In this document: piece by piece, positions 1 to 12,927 of the stretch
How the letters are laid out: every line of letters starts with the position of its first letter
Numbering within the stretch: position 1 is the first letter of the stretch
Assembly (NCBI GenBank): GCA_963716395.1
Contig: OY970309.1
Location: forward strand, 480,001-544,000
Source of the DNA: an uncultured Fibrobacteria bacterium
Lineage (GTDB): Bacteria; Fibrobacterota; Fibrobacteria; UBA11236
Direction: 5' to 3'
DNA length: 64,000 bases
Notes under the pieces: model-generated
Told to the model about the DNA's origin: nothing
Seen by the model: only the letters and a program-made list of their open reading frames with translations
Databases searched by the model: none
Made by a program: the position numbers and the translations under genes

Positions 1-374
1 ACGCGCGAAACGCCGGGCGTGGAGTCGCCTTGAATCTTGTCGAGTTTGAAGGTTTTCATGAATACCGTGCTGTCGGGATAGTCGAAAAAATCCGTGGTGT
101 CGTTGTACGGGATATGTTTTCCCGGCGGCAGGATCACCCAACGACTTTTCGCGGCCTCGTCGGACCACAGCGGCACGTTGACTTCGTAATACTTGGCTGC
201 GGTGTCGACGACCTTGGTCACGGTATTGTTATAGGCTCCGGTCTGCGACAATAGCTTGGGCACGGCGGCGGTGTCGGTGGGATCGAAATAATGGAACGGC
301 AGACCCAAACACAAAGCCGGGAGCAACAAAATCACCGCCTCCAAGCGCAGCGTCGTTTTGGCGATCAAAGGCAT
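1..374 (-). CDS. Partial secreted protein resembling the N-terminus of the SO2930/HNE_0200 (diheme cytochrome c-associated) family; runs off the window edge
   Basis: Not in the ORF track. Manual translation from ATG 374: MPLIAKTTLRLEAVILLLPALCLG...PKLLSQTGAY...YYEVNVPLWSDEAAKSRWVILPPGK...FDYPDSTVFMKTF. This matches the LSxTG / YxVNxPLWSDxAxKxRW / FPxGTVxxKTF pattern. It starts 6 nt after the stop of the upstream gene. Confidence 0.7.
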   Translation of the reverse strand, partial: MPLIAKTTLRLEAVILLLPALCLGLPFHYFDPTDTAAVPKLLSQTGAYNNTVTKVVDTAAKYYEVNVPLWSDEAAKSRWVILPPGKHIPYNDTTDFFDYPDSTVFMKTFKLDKIQGDSTPGVSR

Positions 375-380
375 GCATCC

Positions 381-1631
381 TTATGGTAACGCGATGACCC
401 GGCTTTGCCGGGCATTTTCATCTTTGATGTTCAACAGATAGATTCCCGCCGGCACGCCGAATCCGGAAAAGTCCAGCGCGTAGTCCCCGGATTCCCGAAA
501 CGCATCCAGCAACCGGCGCTGCAAGCGCCCATCGAGTCCGAACAAGGCCGCCGTGACATGCGCCGGTTTGGCCAGGGAATAATGGAAAATTTCATGCGTG
601 ATTGAAAATGACGCCGAAGCCGGCCCGCTCGGTTGTAACACCGGAACGGTTCCCCCCGCGATTCTCAAGATGGTATCGGAGTCGCCGACAATCAATCCCG
701 TGCGCGCATCGAGCAACGACATCGCGCGCAGAGTATGCGTGGTAAGACCCGGTTGCAAAACCCAATGCAAACCGCCGTCGAGGGTTTTCAGGATGACACC
801 CGAATCTCCCGCGGCCCAGCCGGCACTCGTGCCCTGGAAGCAGATCGCATGCAAATCGGCGGCCGTGCCGGTAACCTGCGGAACCCAGTCGGTTCCGCCA
901 TCGGTGGTGTACAGGATGAGACCCGAATCCCCCGCAACCCAACCCGTATCCCAATTTCCAAAGCTGACGGAATTCAAGGTAGGCGTAACTCCGACCGCCA
1001 ACGAATTCCAATTGGTTCCGCCGTCGGTGGTTTTGAGAATGAGTCCGGCCGGCGCCTGGAAATGCCCCAAATCAATGGCGATATAGCGAGTTCCCACCGC
1101 GTAACCCGTGTCGGCGTCGGTGAACTGGAGGCCATACACAACGTAACCGCTGTCGCAGCAGTTGACCTGGCTGGGCGCACCCCAATCGGCGCCCCCGTCG
1201 GTGCTTTTCAGCATGGCGTTGTTTCCCGCGATGAAACCCGTATCGGCGTTCCCAAAAAATACCGCGTAGTTAAAATCCGAGCCGGCGGGTGACACCGCCG
1301 TCCACGTGGCGCCGCCATTCGTGGTTTTATACACCGGATCCCAGCCTACCGCCCAGCCCGTATCCGCATTGATGAAATACAATCCGTTGACCGAATGCTG
1401 CGCGTCGATGGTTTGGAAAGACCAGGTCAGGCCGCCGTTTTCCGACTTGAGCATATCGGTACCGGCGGAAGGGCCGTTCACGCCGGTGCCGCCTCCGATA
1501 TAGCCGGTATTGCTGTCCACCAAAAAAACCGAAAGATGATATTGGGCGCAGACCGGGATCGCCAGTAGAATTCCCACCCGCAGGGCTGTTCCCCACCGGG
1601 CGCCGATGGACTTGGTGGACGGCATGATCAA
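381..1631 (-). CDS. Secreted YCF48/BNR-repeat beta-propeller protein with C-terminal T9SS-CTD/FPm-1-like domain
   Basis: Signal peptide; repeated F..xDTGWxxG...ILKTTDGGxxW units; tail LFGLDGRL...PAGIYLL. Confidence 0.85.
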   Translation of the reverse strand: MIMPSTKSIGARWGTALRVGILLAIPVCAQYHLSVFLVDSNTGYIGGGTGVNGPSAGTDMLKSENGGLTWSFQTIDAQHSVNGLYFINADTGWAVGWDPVYKTTNGGATWTAVSPAGSDFNYAVFFGNADTGFIAGNNAMLKSTDGGADWGAPSQVNCCDSGYVVYGLQFTDADTGYAVGTRYIAIDLGHFQAPAGLILKTTDGGTNWNSLAVGVTPTLNSVSFGNWDTGWVAGDSGLILYTTDGGTDWVPQVTGTAADLHAICFQGTSAGWAAGDSGVILKTLDGGLHWVLQPGLTTHTLRAMSLLDARTGLIVGDSDTILRIAGGTVPVLQPSGPASASFSITHEIFHYSLAKPAHVTAALFGLDGRLQRRLLDAFRESGDYALDFSGFGVPAGIYLLNIKDENARQSRVIALP

Positions 1632-1857
1632 CCCCCAAAAACAGGCGCCGGGGCGACGCCCATAAGGTATTCGCCGCTGCCCGCAACAAATTTAACGCCA
1701 CCATCCCCGTTCCGCTCAGCGCCGCAGGTAGGGACCGCTTTCACGGCGCATTCCCGGGTTGTTAACTTCCGGAAAATTACGCCGGCGCGCCGTATTTATT
1801 GAACCTTGGGGTGAATTGACGCGCAGCAAACCGAGCCGTCTTTGATTGCGGGGGAGC

Positions 1858-2772
1858 ATGCCCGAATATCCCGATCTTACGATTTACGTCGAAGCGCTGG
1901 CTGAAAGGGTGGTCGGAGAGGTTCTGCAATCCGTGCGCTTGCAGAATCCATTTTTGCTGCGTACCGTATCGCCGGCCTTGGACGACTTGCGCGGTCTCAA
2001 GGTCGAGAAAGTCTCTCGCCGCGGCAAACGCCTTGTCTTGGCTTTTAAACACGATCTGTTTTTGCTGCTGCATTTGATGATCGCCGGACGGCTGCATTGG
2101 AAAAGTCCGAACGCCGCCATCCCCAAATCCAACGGCCTGCTGGCGCTGGACTTTCCCTCGGGAACCTTGCTCCTCACCGAAAGCGGCAGCAAGCGACGCG
2201 CCTCGTTGCACGTGGTGCAGGGCCGAACCCAAATCGAGTCGCAATTTCCGGTCGGCCTCGAAGTGATGCAAGCCTCGCCCGCTCAATTCGCGTCGGTACT
2301 GCGCCGCGAAAACCACACGCTCAAACGGGCGCTCACCGATCCTCATTTGTTCAGTGGCCTCGGCAACGCTTACTCCGATGAGATTCTGCATCGGGCCCGG
2401 CTTTCGCCCGTGCTCTTGACCGGCAAAATAACCGACGAGCAAATCGGTCGTTTATTTCCGGCCACGCGCGCCGTGCTGAAAGAGTGGACGGACCGATTGC
2501 GCCGGGAAACGGCCGGCCGATTTCCGGAAAAGGTCACGGCCTTCCATGCCGAAATGGCCGTGCATGGCCGCTTCGGAATGACTTGCCCGGTTTGCGGTAC
2601 GCCGATACAGCGCATTCGCCGGGCCGAAAACGAGATCAATTATTGCCCCGCCTGCCAAACCGGCGGCCGCCTGTTGGCCGACCGCGCCCTATCCGCTTTG
2701 CTTAAAAAGGATTGGCCGCGAAGTTTAGAAGAAATGGACGCGCTGAAAGCGCGGGTACAGGCCCAAACCTGA
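1858..2772 (+). CDS. Fpg/Nei-family DNA glycosylase/AP lyase
   Basis: N-terminal MPEYPD after GGGGAG RBS; RRGK, HLMIAG, H2TH motif GLGNAYSDEIL; zinc finger CPVC...CPACQ. Confidence 0.9.
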   Translation: MPEYPDLTIYVEALAERVVGEVLQSVRLQNPFLLRTVSPALDDLRGLKVEKVSRRGKRLVLAFKHDLFLLLHLMIAGRLHWKSPNAAIPKSNGLLALDFPSGTLLLTESGSKRRASLHVVQGRTQIESQFPVGLEVMQASPAQFASVLRRENHTLKRALTDPHLFSGLGNAYSDEILHRARLSPVLLTGKITDEQIGRLFPATRAVLKEWTDRLRRETAGRFPEKVTAFHAEMAVHGRFGMTCPVCGTPIQRIRRAENEINYCPACQTGGRLLADRALSALLKKDWPRSLEEMDALKARVQAQT

Positions 2773-2858
2773 AGGGCATGGGCCATGGCTGGCGTGGAAA
2801 GGTCGCCGAACGCATCACCCATCTGCTGTCGGGCGGATGGTAATCCGCCTAATCCGTC

Positions 2859-3596
2859 TCAACGCGGAGCGTTCATGCGATTGAAAATCTGATCCAATTG
2901 CTCGCGGGTGGCGCGGCCGGTCTCGGCCGCAAATCCGTAGGCCGCTTCGAGGCTTCCGGCTTGTAACTGCGCCCAGACCGCGTTTGCAAATTCGTCGCGC
3001 GACACACCGTGGGTGTGCAATCCCGCGCCGCCCAAATCGGTGTCGACCGCGGGTGGAAGAATTTCGATCACCTCCACCGAGGTGCCCGCCAACTGGCGGC
3101 GTAAAGAAAGCGTGAACGAATGCAAAGCGGCTTTGGTGGAGCAATACACGGGCACGTTGACCAACGGCACAAAAGCCAATCCCGACGTAACGTTGACGAC
3201 GGCCGCCGCGCTCCGCTTCAGAAGATGGGGCAAGAGCAAAACCGACAGATGCAGGGGAGCGTCGAGGTTGATGGCCAACTCTTCGCGCATCTTCGGCCAT
3301 GGAGGCTGGGCCGCCAATTGCAGCCGCTGCTGAACGCCGGCATTGTTGACGAGCACATTGAGATCCGGAAATTTCTCCACCGCCCAGGCGGCCAGAGCTT
3401 CGCGCCCGGCCTCCGAAGCCAGATCGCAGACGCGGGTGTGCAGGGCCGGGTGCTGGGCTTTGGCTTCGTCCAGCTTGTTTTCGCGGCGCCCGCAAATGAT
3501 GACGGTATTGTTCGCGGCCAAGAAGCGCTCGGCCAGCGTCAGGCCGATACCCGAAGCACCTCCGGTGATAAGTACGGTGTTGGATTCGAGTTTCAT
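2859..3596 (-). CDS. Short-chain dehydrogenase/reductase (DltE-like)
   Basis: TGGASGIG, NNAG, catalytic YCSTK, PPAVDT. Confidence 0.92.
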   Translation of the reverse strand: MKLESNTVLITGGASGIGLTLAERFLAANNTVIICGRRENKLDEAKAQHPALHTRVCDLASEAGREALAAWAVEKFPDLNVLVNNAGVQQRLQLAAQPPWPKMREELAINLDAPLHLSVLLLPHLLKRSAAAVVNVTSGLAFVPLVNVPVYCSTKAALHSFTLSLRRQLAGTSVEVIEILPPAVDTDLGGAGLHTHGVSRDEFANAVWAQLQAGSLEAAYGFAAETGRATREQLDQIFNRMNAPR

Positions 3597-3705
3597 GGCG
3601 GATTCTCTCCAATTGATGATAAGCATGAGATCTACAAGGATTCGCGCAGGCGGGCTTTCGTTCCAGGATGCACTCCGTTCGGCTCAGTGCAAACGGTGGA
3701 CGGGA

Positions 3706-4089
3706 TCATTCCTCCGCGGGCGCGTCTCCGATCAGCATTGCCTTCACATGATGCAAGAGGGCTTGGCGTTTGAAGGGTTTGAGTATGAATCCCATTTTGG
3801 GATCGTCCAGTTCCCGGCGAAGAAGATTGTCGTCGGTGAAAGCCGACATATAAAGCACTTTGATTTTCGGCCGCATGCGGCGGACGACATGGGCCAGATC
3901 ATACCCGTCTTGGCCGCTTTGCATGCGGATATCGGTCAATAACAAGTCAATGCTATCTGGGTTTATCTCGGCCAACTCCAACGCCTCTTCGGCGCAATGG
4001 GCGCGCAGAACGTGGTAACCGGCAGCCTGCAGGATGATCTCGATCAACCGTAGGATGTCTTCTTCGTCGTCAACGACCAGAATCGTCAT
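3706..4089 (-). CDS. Single-domain response regulator (CckA-type receiver)
   Basis: ILVVDDE, LLLTD, YMSAF, FILKPF. Confidence 0.9.
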   Translation of the reverse strand: MTILVVDDEEDILRLIEIILQAAGYHVLRAHCAEEALELAEINPDSIDLLLTDIRMQSGQDGYDLAHVVRRMRPKIKVLYMSAFTDDNLLRRELDDPKMGFILKPFKRQALLHHVKAMLIGDAPAEE

Positions 4090-4116
4090 ACGCGCCCATC
4101 CCGGGTCGGTCCGCCC

Positions 4117-5940
<1,824 letters not shown>

Positions 5941-5955
5941 AGCGGACCGTCCGCC

Positions 5956-8900
5956 TCAGCGATGCACCCACACGCGCAGCATCGAGAGCAGTTGCTCAGT
6001 GTTCACCGGTTTGGAGATGTAATCCGAGGCGCCGGCCTCGATGCACTTTTCGCGATCCCCTTTCATGGCTTTGGCGGTGAGGGCGATGATGGGCACGGCC
6101 CGGTATTTCGCCATGTGGCGGATCGTGCGCATGGTGTCGTAGCCGTCCATTTCAGGCATCATGATGTCCATGAGCATGACGTCGACGGCCTGCATGCCCC
6201 CCAGCATTTCAATAGCGTCTTTGCCGTTTTCGGTCGACACCACCTCCATGCCCTGGCGTTCCAGCAGGCTGGTCATGGAAAAGATGTTGCGCACATCGTC
6301 GTCGACCACCAGCACCTTTTTTCCCGCCAACGGCGCGTTCGACCGCCGCAATTCTTCCAGCATCTTGCGCTTATGTTCGGGCAATTCGCTTTGAGCCCGG
6401 TGCAGAAACAGCGCGGTTTCATCCAGCAGGCGTTCGGGCGAACGGGCGTCTTTGATGATCACCGACTGCGCCACCTCGCGCAATTGCCGCTCCTGTTCCC
6501 GGGTCAAATCCCGGCCGGTGTAAACCACGATGGGTACGGAGTGCAGCGACACATCGTTTTTGATCGCGTCGAGCAGCGCAAACCCGTCCATGTCCGGCAA
6601 ACCGATGTCGAGAACCACGCAATGAAAGGGCTGCGCGCGCAACCGTTCCAACGCATCCTGTCCGGTGCCCACGGCGACGGCATTGACGTCGGGACCGCTG
6701 ACGAGTTCAAGAATGCTGCGGCGCTGAACATCGTTGTCTTCGACCACCAGCAGGTTGCGCGAAGTGCGGCTCAAAAATTCCTGAATACGGTCGAAGGCCG
6801 TCTCCAGGCCTTGTTTCGACAGCGGCTTGGTCACGAACGACAGCGCGCCCAAACGCAGGCCGCGATCGCGCTCTTTGTCTTCGTCTTCCATGGAAATGAT
6901 GTGCACGGGAATATGGCGCGTGGCCGCATCATCTTTCAGGCGTTCCAGCACCGTCCACCCTTCGACGTCGGGCAGATGGATGTCGAGGGTGATGGCCGTG
7001 GGCCGGTATTCGCGCGCCAGGGCCAGCACGGCGTTGCCGCGCGGTACGACCACACCCTTGAACTCGCGCTCGTGCGCCATGTCGAGCAGGAGTTCGGCGA
7101 AATGGGGATCGTCTTCCACGATCATCATGACCGGCTGGCCGCCCCGGATGGAATCACGGTCGTCCAAAACTCCGGGGTCGCTTTCGGGACGGGCTTCGAA
7201 AAGCGACTCGACCGGAGACGGGATGGGCGGCAAGGCCAGGGCCGACTCGTCCAAAAACGGCATGCCGGATCGGCGGGTTCCCAGGTCGGCCTCCGCCACG
7301 GCGTTTTCGGGTTTTTTCGCGTCCGCGCTTGGCTCCAACGGAAGGTAAAGCGTGAAGGTGCTTCCCTTTTCGGGCGCGCTGCGCAGGCCGATTTCGCCGC
7401 CCAGCAGGCGGGCGATCTCGCGGCTGATGGAAAGGCCAAGGCCCGTGCCGCCATACTTGCGGCTGGTGGTGCCGTCGGCCTGCTGAAAAGCCTCGAAGAT
7501 CAGGCGTTGCTTTTCCGGCGGGATGCCGATGCCGGTGTCACTCACCGAAAAAGCCACCACGTGCGCGGCCAGATTCAGACTCGAACCCGAACTCCACCCG
7601 GTGTGGGCCATTTGAATGCGCAACTCCACACTGCCACGATCGGTAAACTTGAAGGCGTTGGACAGCAGATTTTTCAAGACCTGCTGCAGTCGTTTGACGT
7701 CGGTGTGCACGTAACGCGGAAGTTCCTCTTCGAGGACGACGCGGAATTCGAGACTCTTGCTTTCGGCCATGTGGCGGAAGGTGCGCTCGACGTAATTCTT
7801 GAGCTCGGCGAAGGGCTCATCGCTGGGCTCCAGGGTGACCGTGCCCGATTCGATCTTGGAAAGATCGAGAATATCGTTGATGAGATTCAACAGGTCGCTG
7901 CCCGCGGAGTGGATGGTTTGGGCGAACTGCACCTGCTTGGGGTGCAGATTGCCGTCGACGTTTTCACCCAACTGCTGCGCCAAAATAAGCAAGCTGTTGA
8001 GGGGCGTTCGCAGCTCATGCGACATGTTGGCGAGAAACTCCGATTTGTACTTCGAGGTCAACGCGAGCTGGGTGGCTTTCTCTTCCAGAGCCCTCTTGGC
8101 CTGCTCGACCTCGCGGTTCTTGCGTTCGACTTCGGCGTTCTGCTCGGCCAGCAGCTTGGCTTTTTCTTCCAGCTTTTCGTTGGTTTGTTCCAATTCTTCC
8201 TGACGGATTTGCAGTTCCTGGGCCAGCGACTGCGATTGCTTGAGCAAGCCTTCGGTGCGCATGTTGGCTTTGATGGTGTTGAGCACGATGCCGATGGATT
8301 CGGTGAGTTGTTCGAGAAAAGTGAGATGCGTGGCGCTGAAGCGCTCGAACGAGGCCAGTTCCATTACGCCTTTGACCTGGCCTTCGAAAATGACCGGAAG
8401 CACAATAATCGAAAACGGGGGCGCCTCGCCGAGGCCGGAGTTGACGGCGATATAATCCGAAGGAACATGGGTGAGAAGAATCCGCTCCTTGCCGACGGCG
8501 CATTGACCCACCAGGCCCTCCCCCATTTTGAATTCGGCCGTGACCGAGTTCCGGGAGTTGTAGGCGTAGCTGGCCATCAATTTGAGAATGGGCTCTTCTT
8601 CGTTGTTCTCCACCAGATAAAACACGCCGTGCTGCGCCCCGACCACCGGCGCCAGTTCGGCCAGAATGCGTTTCGTGACGGTGAGCAAATCCTTTTGCCC
8701 TTGCAGCATTTGCGTGAACTTGGCCAGATTGGTTTTCAGCCAATCCTGCTCGCTGTTCTTCTGCGTGGTTTCGCGCAGGTTCCGGATCATCTGGTTGATG
8801 TTGTCCTTGAGCGCTTCGACTTCGCCCTGGGCGCCGACCTGGATGGATCGGGTCAAATCGCCCTTGGTCACGGCGGTGGCCACCTCGGCGATGGCGCGCA

Positions 8901-11190
8901 CCTGGGTGGTCAGGTTGGCGGCCAACTGGTTCACGTTGTCGGTTAGCGCCTTCCAGGTGCCGGAAGCGCCCGGCACGCTGGCCTGGCCGCCCAGCTTGCC
9001 TTCGACGCCGACTTCGCGCGCCACCGTGGTGACCTGATCCGCGAAAATATCGAGCGTGTCGATCATGCCGTTGATCGTGTCGGCCAGGGCCGCGATTTCG
9101 CCCTTGGCCTCGAAAGCCAGTTTCTGCTTCAAATGCCCCTTGGCCACCGAGGTCACGACCTTGGCGATGCCGCGCACCTGATTGGTCAAATTGCCCGCCA
9201 TGAAGTTCACGCTGTCGGTGAGTTCCTTCCAGATTCCACCCACCCCGCCCACCTGGGCCTGGCCGCCGAGATTGCCCTCGGACCCGACTTCGCGCGCCAC
9301 GCGCGTCACCTCCGACGCAAACGAATTCAGTTGGTCGACCATGGTGTTGATGGTGTTTTTCAATTCCAGGATTTCGCCTTTGACATCGACGGTGATCTTC
9401 TTCGACAAATCGCCGTTGGCCACGGCCGTGGTGACCTGGGCGATGTTGCGCACCTGTCCGGTGAGGTTGCTGGCCATGAAATTCACGTTGTCGGTCAAAT
9501 CCTTCCAGGTGCCGGCCACTCCCTGCACATAGGCTTGGCCGCCCAGCTTGCCTTCGGTGCCCACCTCGCGCGCCACGCGCGTCACTTCGGAGGCAAAAGC
9601 GCGCAACTGATCGACCATGGTATTGATGGTGTCTTTGAGCTGCAAAAATTCGCCGCGCACGTCGACGGTGATCTTCTTCGACAAATCGCCGTTGGCCACC
9701 GAGATGGTGACTTCGGCGATGTTGCGCACCTGCGCCGTCAAATTGCTGGCCATGGAATTCACGTTGTCGGTCAAGTCCTTCCAGGTGCCCGACACGCCTT
9801 TCACCTGCGCCTGGCCGCCCAGCTTGCCGTCCGTCCCCACTTCCCGCGCCACGCGCGTTACCTCCGATGCGAACGAATTCAACTGATCCACCATGATGTT
9901 GATGGTGTCTTTGAGCCCGAGGATTTCCCCTTTCACGTCCACCGTGATCTTCTTCGACAGATCGCCGTTGGCGATGGCGGTGGATACTTCGGCGATATTG
10001 CGCACCTGCGCCGTCAGGTTGCTGGCCATGAGGTTCACGTTGTTGGTGAGAACCTTCCAAATGCCCGCCACGCCTTCCACCTCGGCCTGGCCGCCCAGCT
10101 TGCCGTCCGTCCCCACTTCCCGCGCCACGCGCGTCACCTCCGACGCAAACGAATTCAACTGATCCACCATGATGTTGATGGTGTCTTTCAACTCGAGAAT
10201 TTCACCTTTGGCTTCGGCCGTGATCTTTTTGGACAAATTACCGTTGGCCACGGCCGTAGTCACTTCGGCGATGTTGCGCACCTGCGCCGTCAGGTTACCC
10301 GCCATGGAATTCACGTTGTCGGTCAAATCTTTCCAGGTGCCGGCCACCCCCTTCACTTGCGCTTGGCCGCCCAGCTTGCCATCCGTGCCCACTTCCCGCG
10401 CCACACGCGTCACTTCCGACGCAAACGAATTCAACTGATCAACGGTGGCATTGATGGTGGTTTTCAATTCCAGAATTTCGCCCTTGGCCTCCACCGTGAT
10501 CTTCTTGGACAAATCGCCCTTGGCAATGGCCGTGGCCACCTCGGCGATGTTGCGCACCTGCCCGGTGAGATTGCTGGCCATGAGGTTCACATTGTCGGTG
10601 AGATCCTTCCACGTGCCCGATACGCCGCTCACTTCGGCCTGGCCACCCAGCTTGCCTTCGGACCCCACTTCCCGCGCGACACGCGTCACCTCGGACGCAA
10701 ACGAACTTAAGCGGTGCACCATGGTGTTGACGGTTTTGGCGGTGCGCAGGAATTCGCCGCGCAGGGGCTGGCCTTCGGATTCGAGGTTGACCGTCTGCGA
10801 AAGGTCGCCGTTCGAAACCGCGCCGATGACGCGCGACATTTCCCGGGTGGGCCAGACGAGATCGTCTATCAGATTGTTGAGTGAGTCGACGCTGGACGAC
10901 CAGGCCCCCTCCACCGGCCCCAAAGCGATACGCTGGTGGATTTTTCCCTCTTTGCCCACGGCCCGCAGAACCTTTTCCAGTTCCCCCGCCAGGCGGCGGT
11001 TCATGTCGAGCACTTCGTTGAAGGCGTCGGCGATTTTGCCGTCGATGCCCGTCCACCCTTCCCGCAAGCGCGCGTTGAAATCACCTTGGCGGAACGACTC
11101 CAACGCCGCCAGCAGTTTGCTTTTGTCGAGGCCGGCCTGTCCATTTTGGGTGAAAGGTTCCATGGGAAGGGGCAGGGTTTTATGCGGCAT
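5956..11190 (-). CDS. Poly-HAMP hybrid histidine kinase (OsaA/group III Nik1-like): HAMP array-GAF-HisKA-HATPase-3xREC
   Basis: Seven ~92-aa units containing [19 protein letters not shown]; [12 protein letters not shown]; [10 protein letters not shown]; [10 protein letters not shown]; GGTGLGL; three receiver starts (IVEDD, VVEDN, VVDDD). Confidence 0.95.
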   Translation of the reverse strand: MPHKTLPLPMEPFTQNGQAGLDKSKLLAALESFRQGDFNARLREGWTGIDGKIADAFNEVLDMNRRLAGELEKVLRAVGKEGKIHQRIALGPVEGAWSSSVDSLNNLIDDLVWPTREMSRVIGAVSNGDLSQTVNLESEGQPLRGEFLRTAKTVNTMVHRLSSFASEVTRVAREVGSEGKLGGQAEVSGVSGTWKDLTDNVNLMASNLTGQVRNIAEVATAIAKGDLSKKITVEAKGEILELKTTINATVDQLNSFASEVTRVAREVGTDGKLGGQAQVKGVAGTWKDLTDNVNSMAGNLTAQVRNIAEVTTAVANGNLSKKITAEAKGEILELKDTINIMVDQLNSFASEVTRVAREVGTDGKLGGQAEVEGVAGIWKVLTNNVNLMASNLTAQVRNIAEVSTAIANGDLSKKITVDVKGEILGLKDTINIMVDQLNSFASEVTRVAREVGTDGKLGGQAQVKGVSGTWKDLTDNVNSMASNLTAQVRNIAEVTISVANGDLSKKITVDVRGEFLQLKDTINTMVDQLRAFASEVTRVAREVGTEGKLGGQAYVQGVAGTWKDLTDNVNFMASNLTGQVRNIAQVTTAVANGDLSKKITVDVKGEILELKNTINTMVDQLNSFASEVTRVAREVGSEGNLGGQAQVGGVGGIWKELTDSVNFMAGNLTNQVRGIAKVVTSVAKGHLKQKLAFEAKGEIAALADTINGMIDTLDIFADQVTTVAREVGVEGKLGGQASVPGASGTWKALTDNVNQLAANLTTQVRAIAEVATAVTKGDLTRSIQVGAQGEVEALKDNINQMIRNLRETTQKNSEQDWLKTNLAKFTQMLQGQKDLLTVTKRILAELAPVVGAQHGVFYLVENNEEEPILKLMASYAYNSRNSVTAEFKMGEGLVGQCAVGKERILLTHVPSDYIAVNSGLGEAPPFSIIVLPVIFEGQVKGVMELASFERFSATHLTFLEQLTESIGIVLNTIKANMRTEGLLKQSQSLAQELQIRQEELEQTNEKLEEKAKLLAEQNAEVERKNREVEQAKRALEEKATQLALTSKYKSEFLANMSHELRTPLNSLLILAQQLGENVDGNLHPKQVQFAQTIHSAGSDLLNLINDILDLSKIESGTVTLEPSDEPFAELKNYVERTFRHMAESKSLEFRVVLEEELPRYVHTDVKRLQQVLKNLLSNAFKFTDRGSVELRIQMAHTGWSSGSSLNLAAHVVAFSVSDTGIGIPPEKQRLIFEAFQQADGTTSRKYGGTGLGLSISREIARLLGGEIGLRSAPEKGSTFTLYLPLEPSADAKKPENAVAEADLGTRRSGMPFLDESALALPPIPSPVESLFEARPESDPGVLDDRDSIRGGQPVMMIVEDDPHFAELLLDMAHEREFKGVVVPRGNAVLALAREYRPTAITLDIHLPDVEGWTVLERLKDDAATRHIPVHIISMEDEDKERDRGLRLGALSFVTKPLSKQGLETAFDRIQEFLSRTSRNLLVVEDNDVQRRSILELVSGPDVNAVAVGTGQDALERLRAQPFHCVVLDIGLPDMDGFALLDAIKNDVSLHSVPIVVYTGRDLTREQERQLREVAQSVIIKDARSPERLLDETALFLHRAQSELPEHKRKMLEELRRSNAPLAGKKVLVVDDDVRNIFSMTSLLERQGMEVVSTENGKDAIEMLGGMQAVDVMLMDIMMPEMDGYDTMRTIRHMAKYRAVPIIALTAKAMKGDREKCIEAGASDYISKPVNTEQLLSMLRVWVHR
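8780..10720 (-). repeat. Tandem 276-bp coding repeats (HAMP units), about 7 copies; boundaries approximate
   Basis: Shadow ORFs start at 9617, 9893, 10169 and 10445, exactly 276 bp apart; near-identical DNA such as ccgcccagcttgcc and gatgttgcgcacctg recurs. Confidence 0.9.
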
Positions 11191-11222
11191 GAAATGATCT
11201 CCTGGAGTGGAACGGATGGGTA

Positions 11223-11639
11223 TCAGTCTGAGGCGCCGGCTTTTTCCTGCGGCGCCGTAGGCAAGATTTCGCGCAGCTTTTGCAACAACAGGGAAGGGGC
11301 AAAGGGTTTTTGCAGAAACTCCACCTTCGCGGCCACGATGTCTTTGACCACCTCTTCGTCGTTGGTATAACCGGACATGAAAATGATTTTGAGATCGGGG
11401 TACAACCGGAGCAGGTGTTGCGCCAATTGGCTTCCATTCATTTTCGGCATGACCAAATCGGTAAGCACCAAATCCGGCATTTTGCCGGCGCCCACGGCGG
11501 CCAGAGCCGATTCCCCGTTGGCGGCTTCCAGCACCCGGTAACCCGCATATTGCAGAACCTCGCGCAGCATGGTGCGGAGAATGCTTTCGTCTTCCACCAC
11601 CAGAATCGTTTCCCGGCTGGGGGTTTTCTCCGAAGTCAT
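11223..11639 (-). CDS. Single-domain response regulator (CckA-type receiver)
   Basis: ETILVVEDE, DLVLTDLVMPKMNG, FMSGYT, FLQKPF; start chosen at MTSEK. Confidence 0.88.
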   Translation of the reverse strand: MTSEKTPSRETILVVEDESILRTMLREVLQYAGYRVLEAANGESALAAVGAGKMPDLVLTDLVMPKMNGSQLAQHLLRLYPDLKIIFMSGYTNDEEVVKDIVAAKVEFLQKPFAPSLLLQKLREILPTAPQEKAGASD

Positions 11640-11652
11640 GGGCTGGGCCTTC

Positions 11653-11904
11653 TTATCGAGGTGAGGGTTCCGCCAGGGCGCGGGCCATCTGTGCAAACCC
11701 GCGCCCCCACGCCTGGATGTCATCAACGGGCGTACTGGAAACTTCGGCCAAATTCTGTGGGCCCTCTTGGCGACGAAACCACCTCAAAATGAAAGGGCGG
11801 CCTGGGATCTCCCCATCCGAATATCCGCGCGGACGGGTGCCGGCGGCAGCTTGTTCGGCGAATGTCATGAATCCCCCTTCCGATTCGTTTCGCGTTAAAT
11901 TCAA
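11653..11904 (-). pseudogene. Degenerate PAS-PAC remnant or small PAS-derived protein
   Basis: GYSDGEIPGRPF and WFRRQEG...AEVSSTPVDD...GFAQMAR parallel GYSSDEILNQPF and WWVRKDG...GFAQVTR in the upstream PAS protein, with the middle of the domain missing. Confidence 0.45.
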
Positions 11905-12863
11905 GGACGTCCGGTCAGCACGCCCGCGATTTCCGCCGCCTTCTTGTTGACGTAGATGACCGTGTCACCACGTGTGATTACAATCACTGCTTCTTTCAAT
12001 TTGCGAGGCGCCAAATCCCAATTCTCCCGGATCAAGCCGGAACCGGCTGCGCCCTTCTCCCCGGACTCCCGTATAGCCAGGACGAATCCGTTCACCGTTC
12101 CCTGCAAACTGTAAACGGGTGACAAAGCGGATTCGACAAAGACGCGTACTCCGTCATTACGCAGCCACCATTCCCGTTGGCGGGAACACCCCTCCTCCTT
12201 GGCTTGGTTCAACCAGGCAGAAGGTTTGCCGAGTCTTAAATCTTCTTCGGTAAAAAAATGGCTGAGGGGCCGCCCGATGATTTCATCGGATCGATAACCC
12301 GTCATCCGCTGCGCGGTCGCATTCCAGTTGGAAACGCGCGCTTCGGCGTCCAACGAGAATACTGCGGAGTCCGGCACGGAATCGATCAGAAATTGATATT
12401 GCTGTTCGACCTGCCAAAGGCATTCGGTGGAACGCTCCAGCGCCTCCTGCGTCCTCCGGGCCAGAGTCAAGTCGCGGGTCACCTGGGCAAAACCGGTCAC
12501 GCTTCCCGCGCCGTCCGCCATCAAGGGAAGAATGTGGACCTTGGCCCAAAACCGGGTTCCGTCTTTGCGTACCCACCATTCCTCGTCTTCGGCGCGGCCT
12601 TCGCTCAAGACTTGCGCCAGGAGCCGCCGGGCTTTGCCGGTTTCGCGGCTTTCTCTGGTGTGGAACTTGTCGAAAGGCTGATTCAGAATTTCATCGGAAC
12701 TGTAGCCGTACATGCTTTCGGCTTCTGCGTTCCAACCGACCACATGGCCATCAAGGTCGAGCATGCAAACCGAACCGTCCATTAAGGCTGCCGCCATGCG
12801 TTGGAAAAACTCGGCGGTTTGGGCCGACGCATTTCCAAGTTCTTGGGTGGCTACGTTCAGCAT
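11901..12863 (-). CDS. Tandem PAS-PAC protein without an output domain
   Basis: Two units of LDxxGxVxxWNxxAxxxxGYxxDEI...WWxRxDG; ends in the start of a third PAS (EAVIVITRGDTVIYVNKKAAEI). Confidence 0.85.
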   Translation of the reverse strand: MLNVATQELGNASAQTAEFFQRMAAALMDGSVCMLDLDGHVVGWNAEAESMYGYSSDEILNQPFDKFHTRESRETGKARRLLAQVLSEGRAEDEEWWVRKDGTRFWAKVHILPLMADGAGSVTGFAQVTRDLTLARRTQEALERSTECLWQVEQQYQFLIDSVPDSAVFSLDAEARVSNWNATAQRMTGYRSDEIIGRPLSHFFTEEDLRLGKPSAWLNQAKEEGCSRQREWWLRNDGVRVFVESALSPVYSLQGTVNGFVLAIRESGEKGAAGSGLIRENWDLAPRKLKEAVIVITRGDTVIYVNKKAAEIAGVLTGRP

Positions 12864-12897
12864 GGCCTTAATAGTTTTACAAAGATTTTACCTCAAG

Positions 12898-12927
12898 ATT
12901 ATGATCTAATTTTCCGTAAAGCGTCAA
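12898..12927 (-). promoter_or_regulatory. Putative sigma70-type promoter of the signalling operon
   Basis: Minus strand TTGACG-N18-CATAAT, 35 nt upstream of ATG 12863, which has a TAAGG RBS. Confidence 0.55.

Noticed and set aside
1858-2772. PEYPD instead of PELPE at the Fpg N-terminus
   Set aside because: Catalytic Pro and Glu are retained and PExPD variants are widespread; not novel, and mutM orthology is not certain enough to assign the symbol
8780-10720. Regular repeats considered as a CRISPR array or VNTR
   Set aside because: The period is 276 bp, in frame and coding, with no unique spacers and no cas genes
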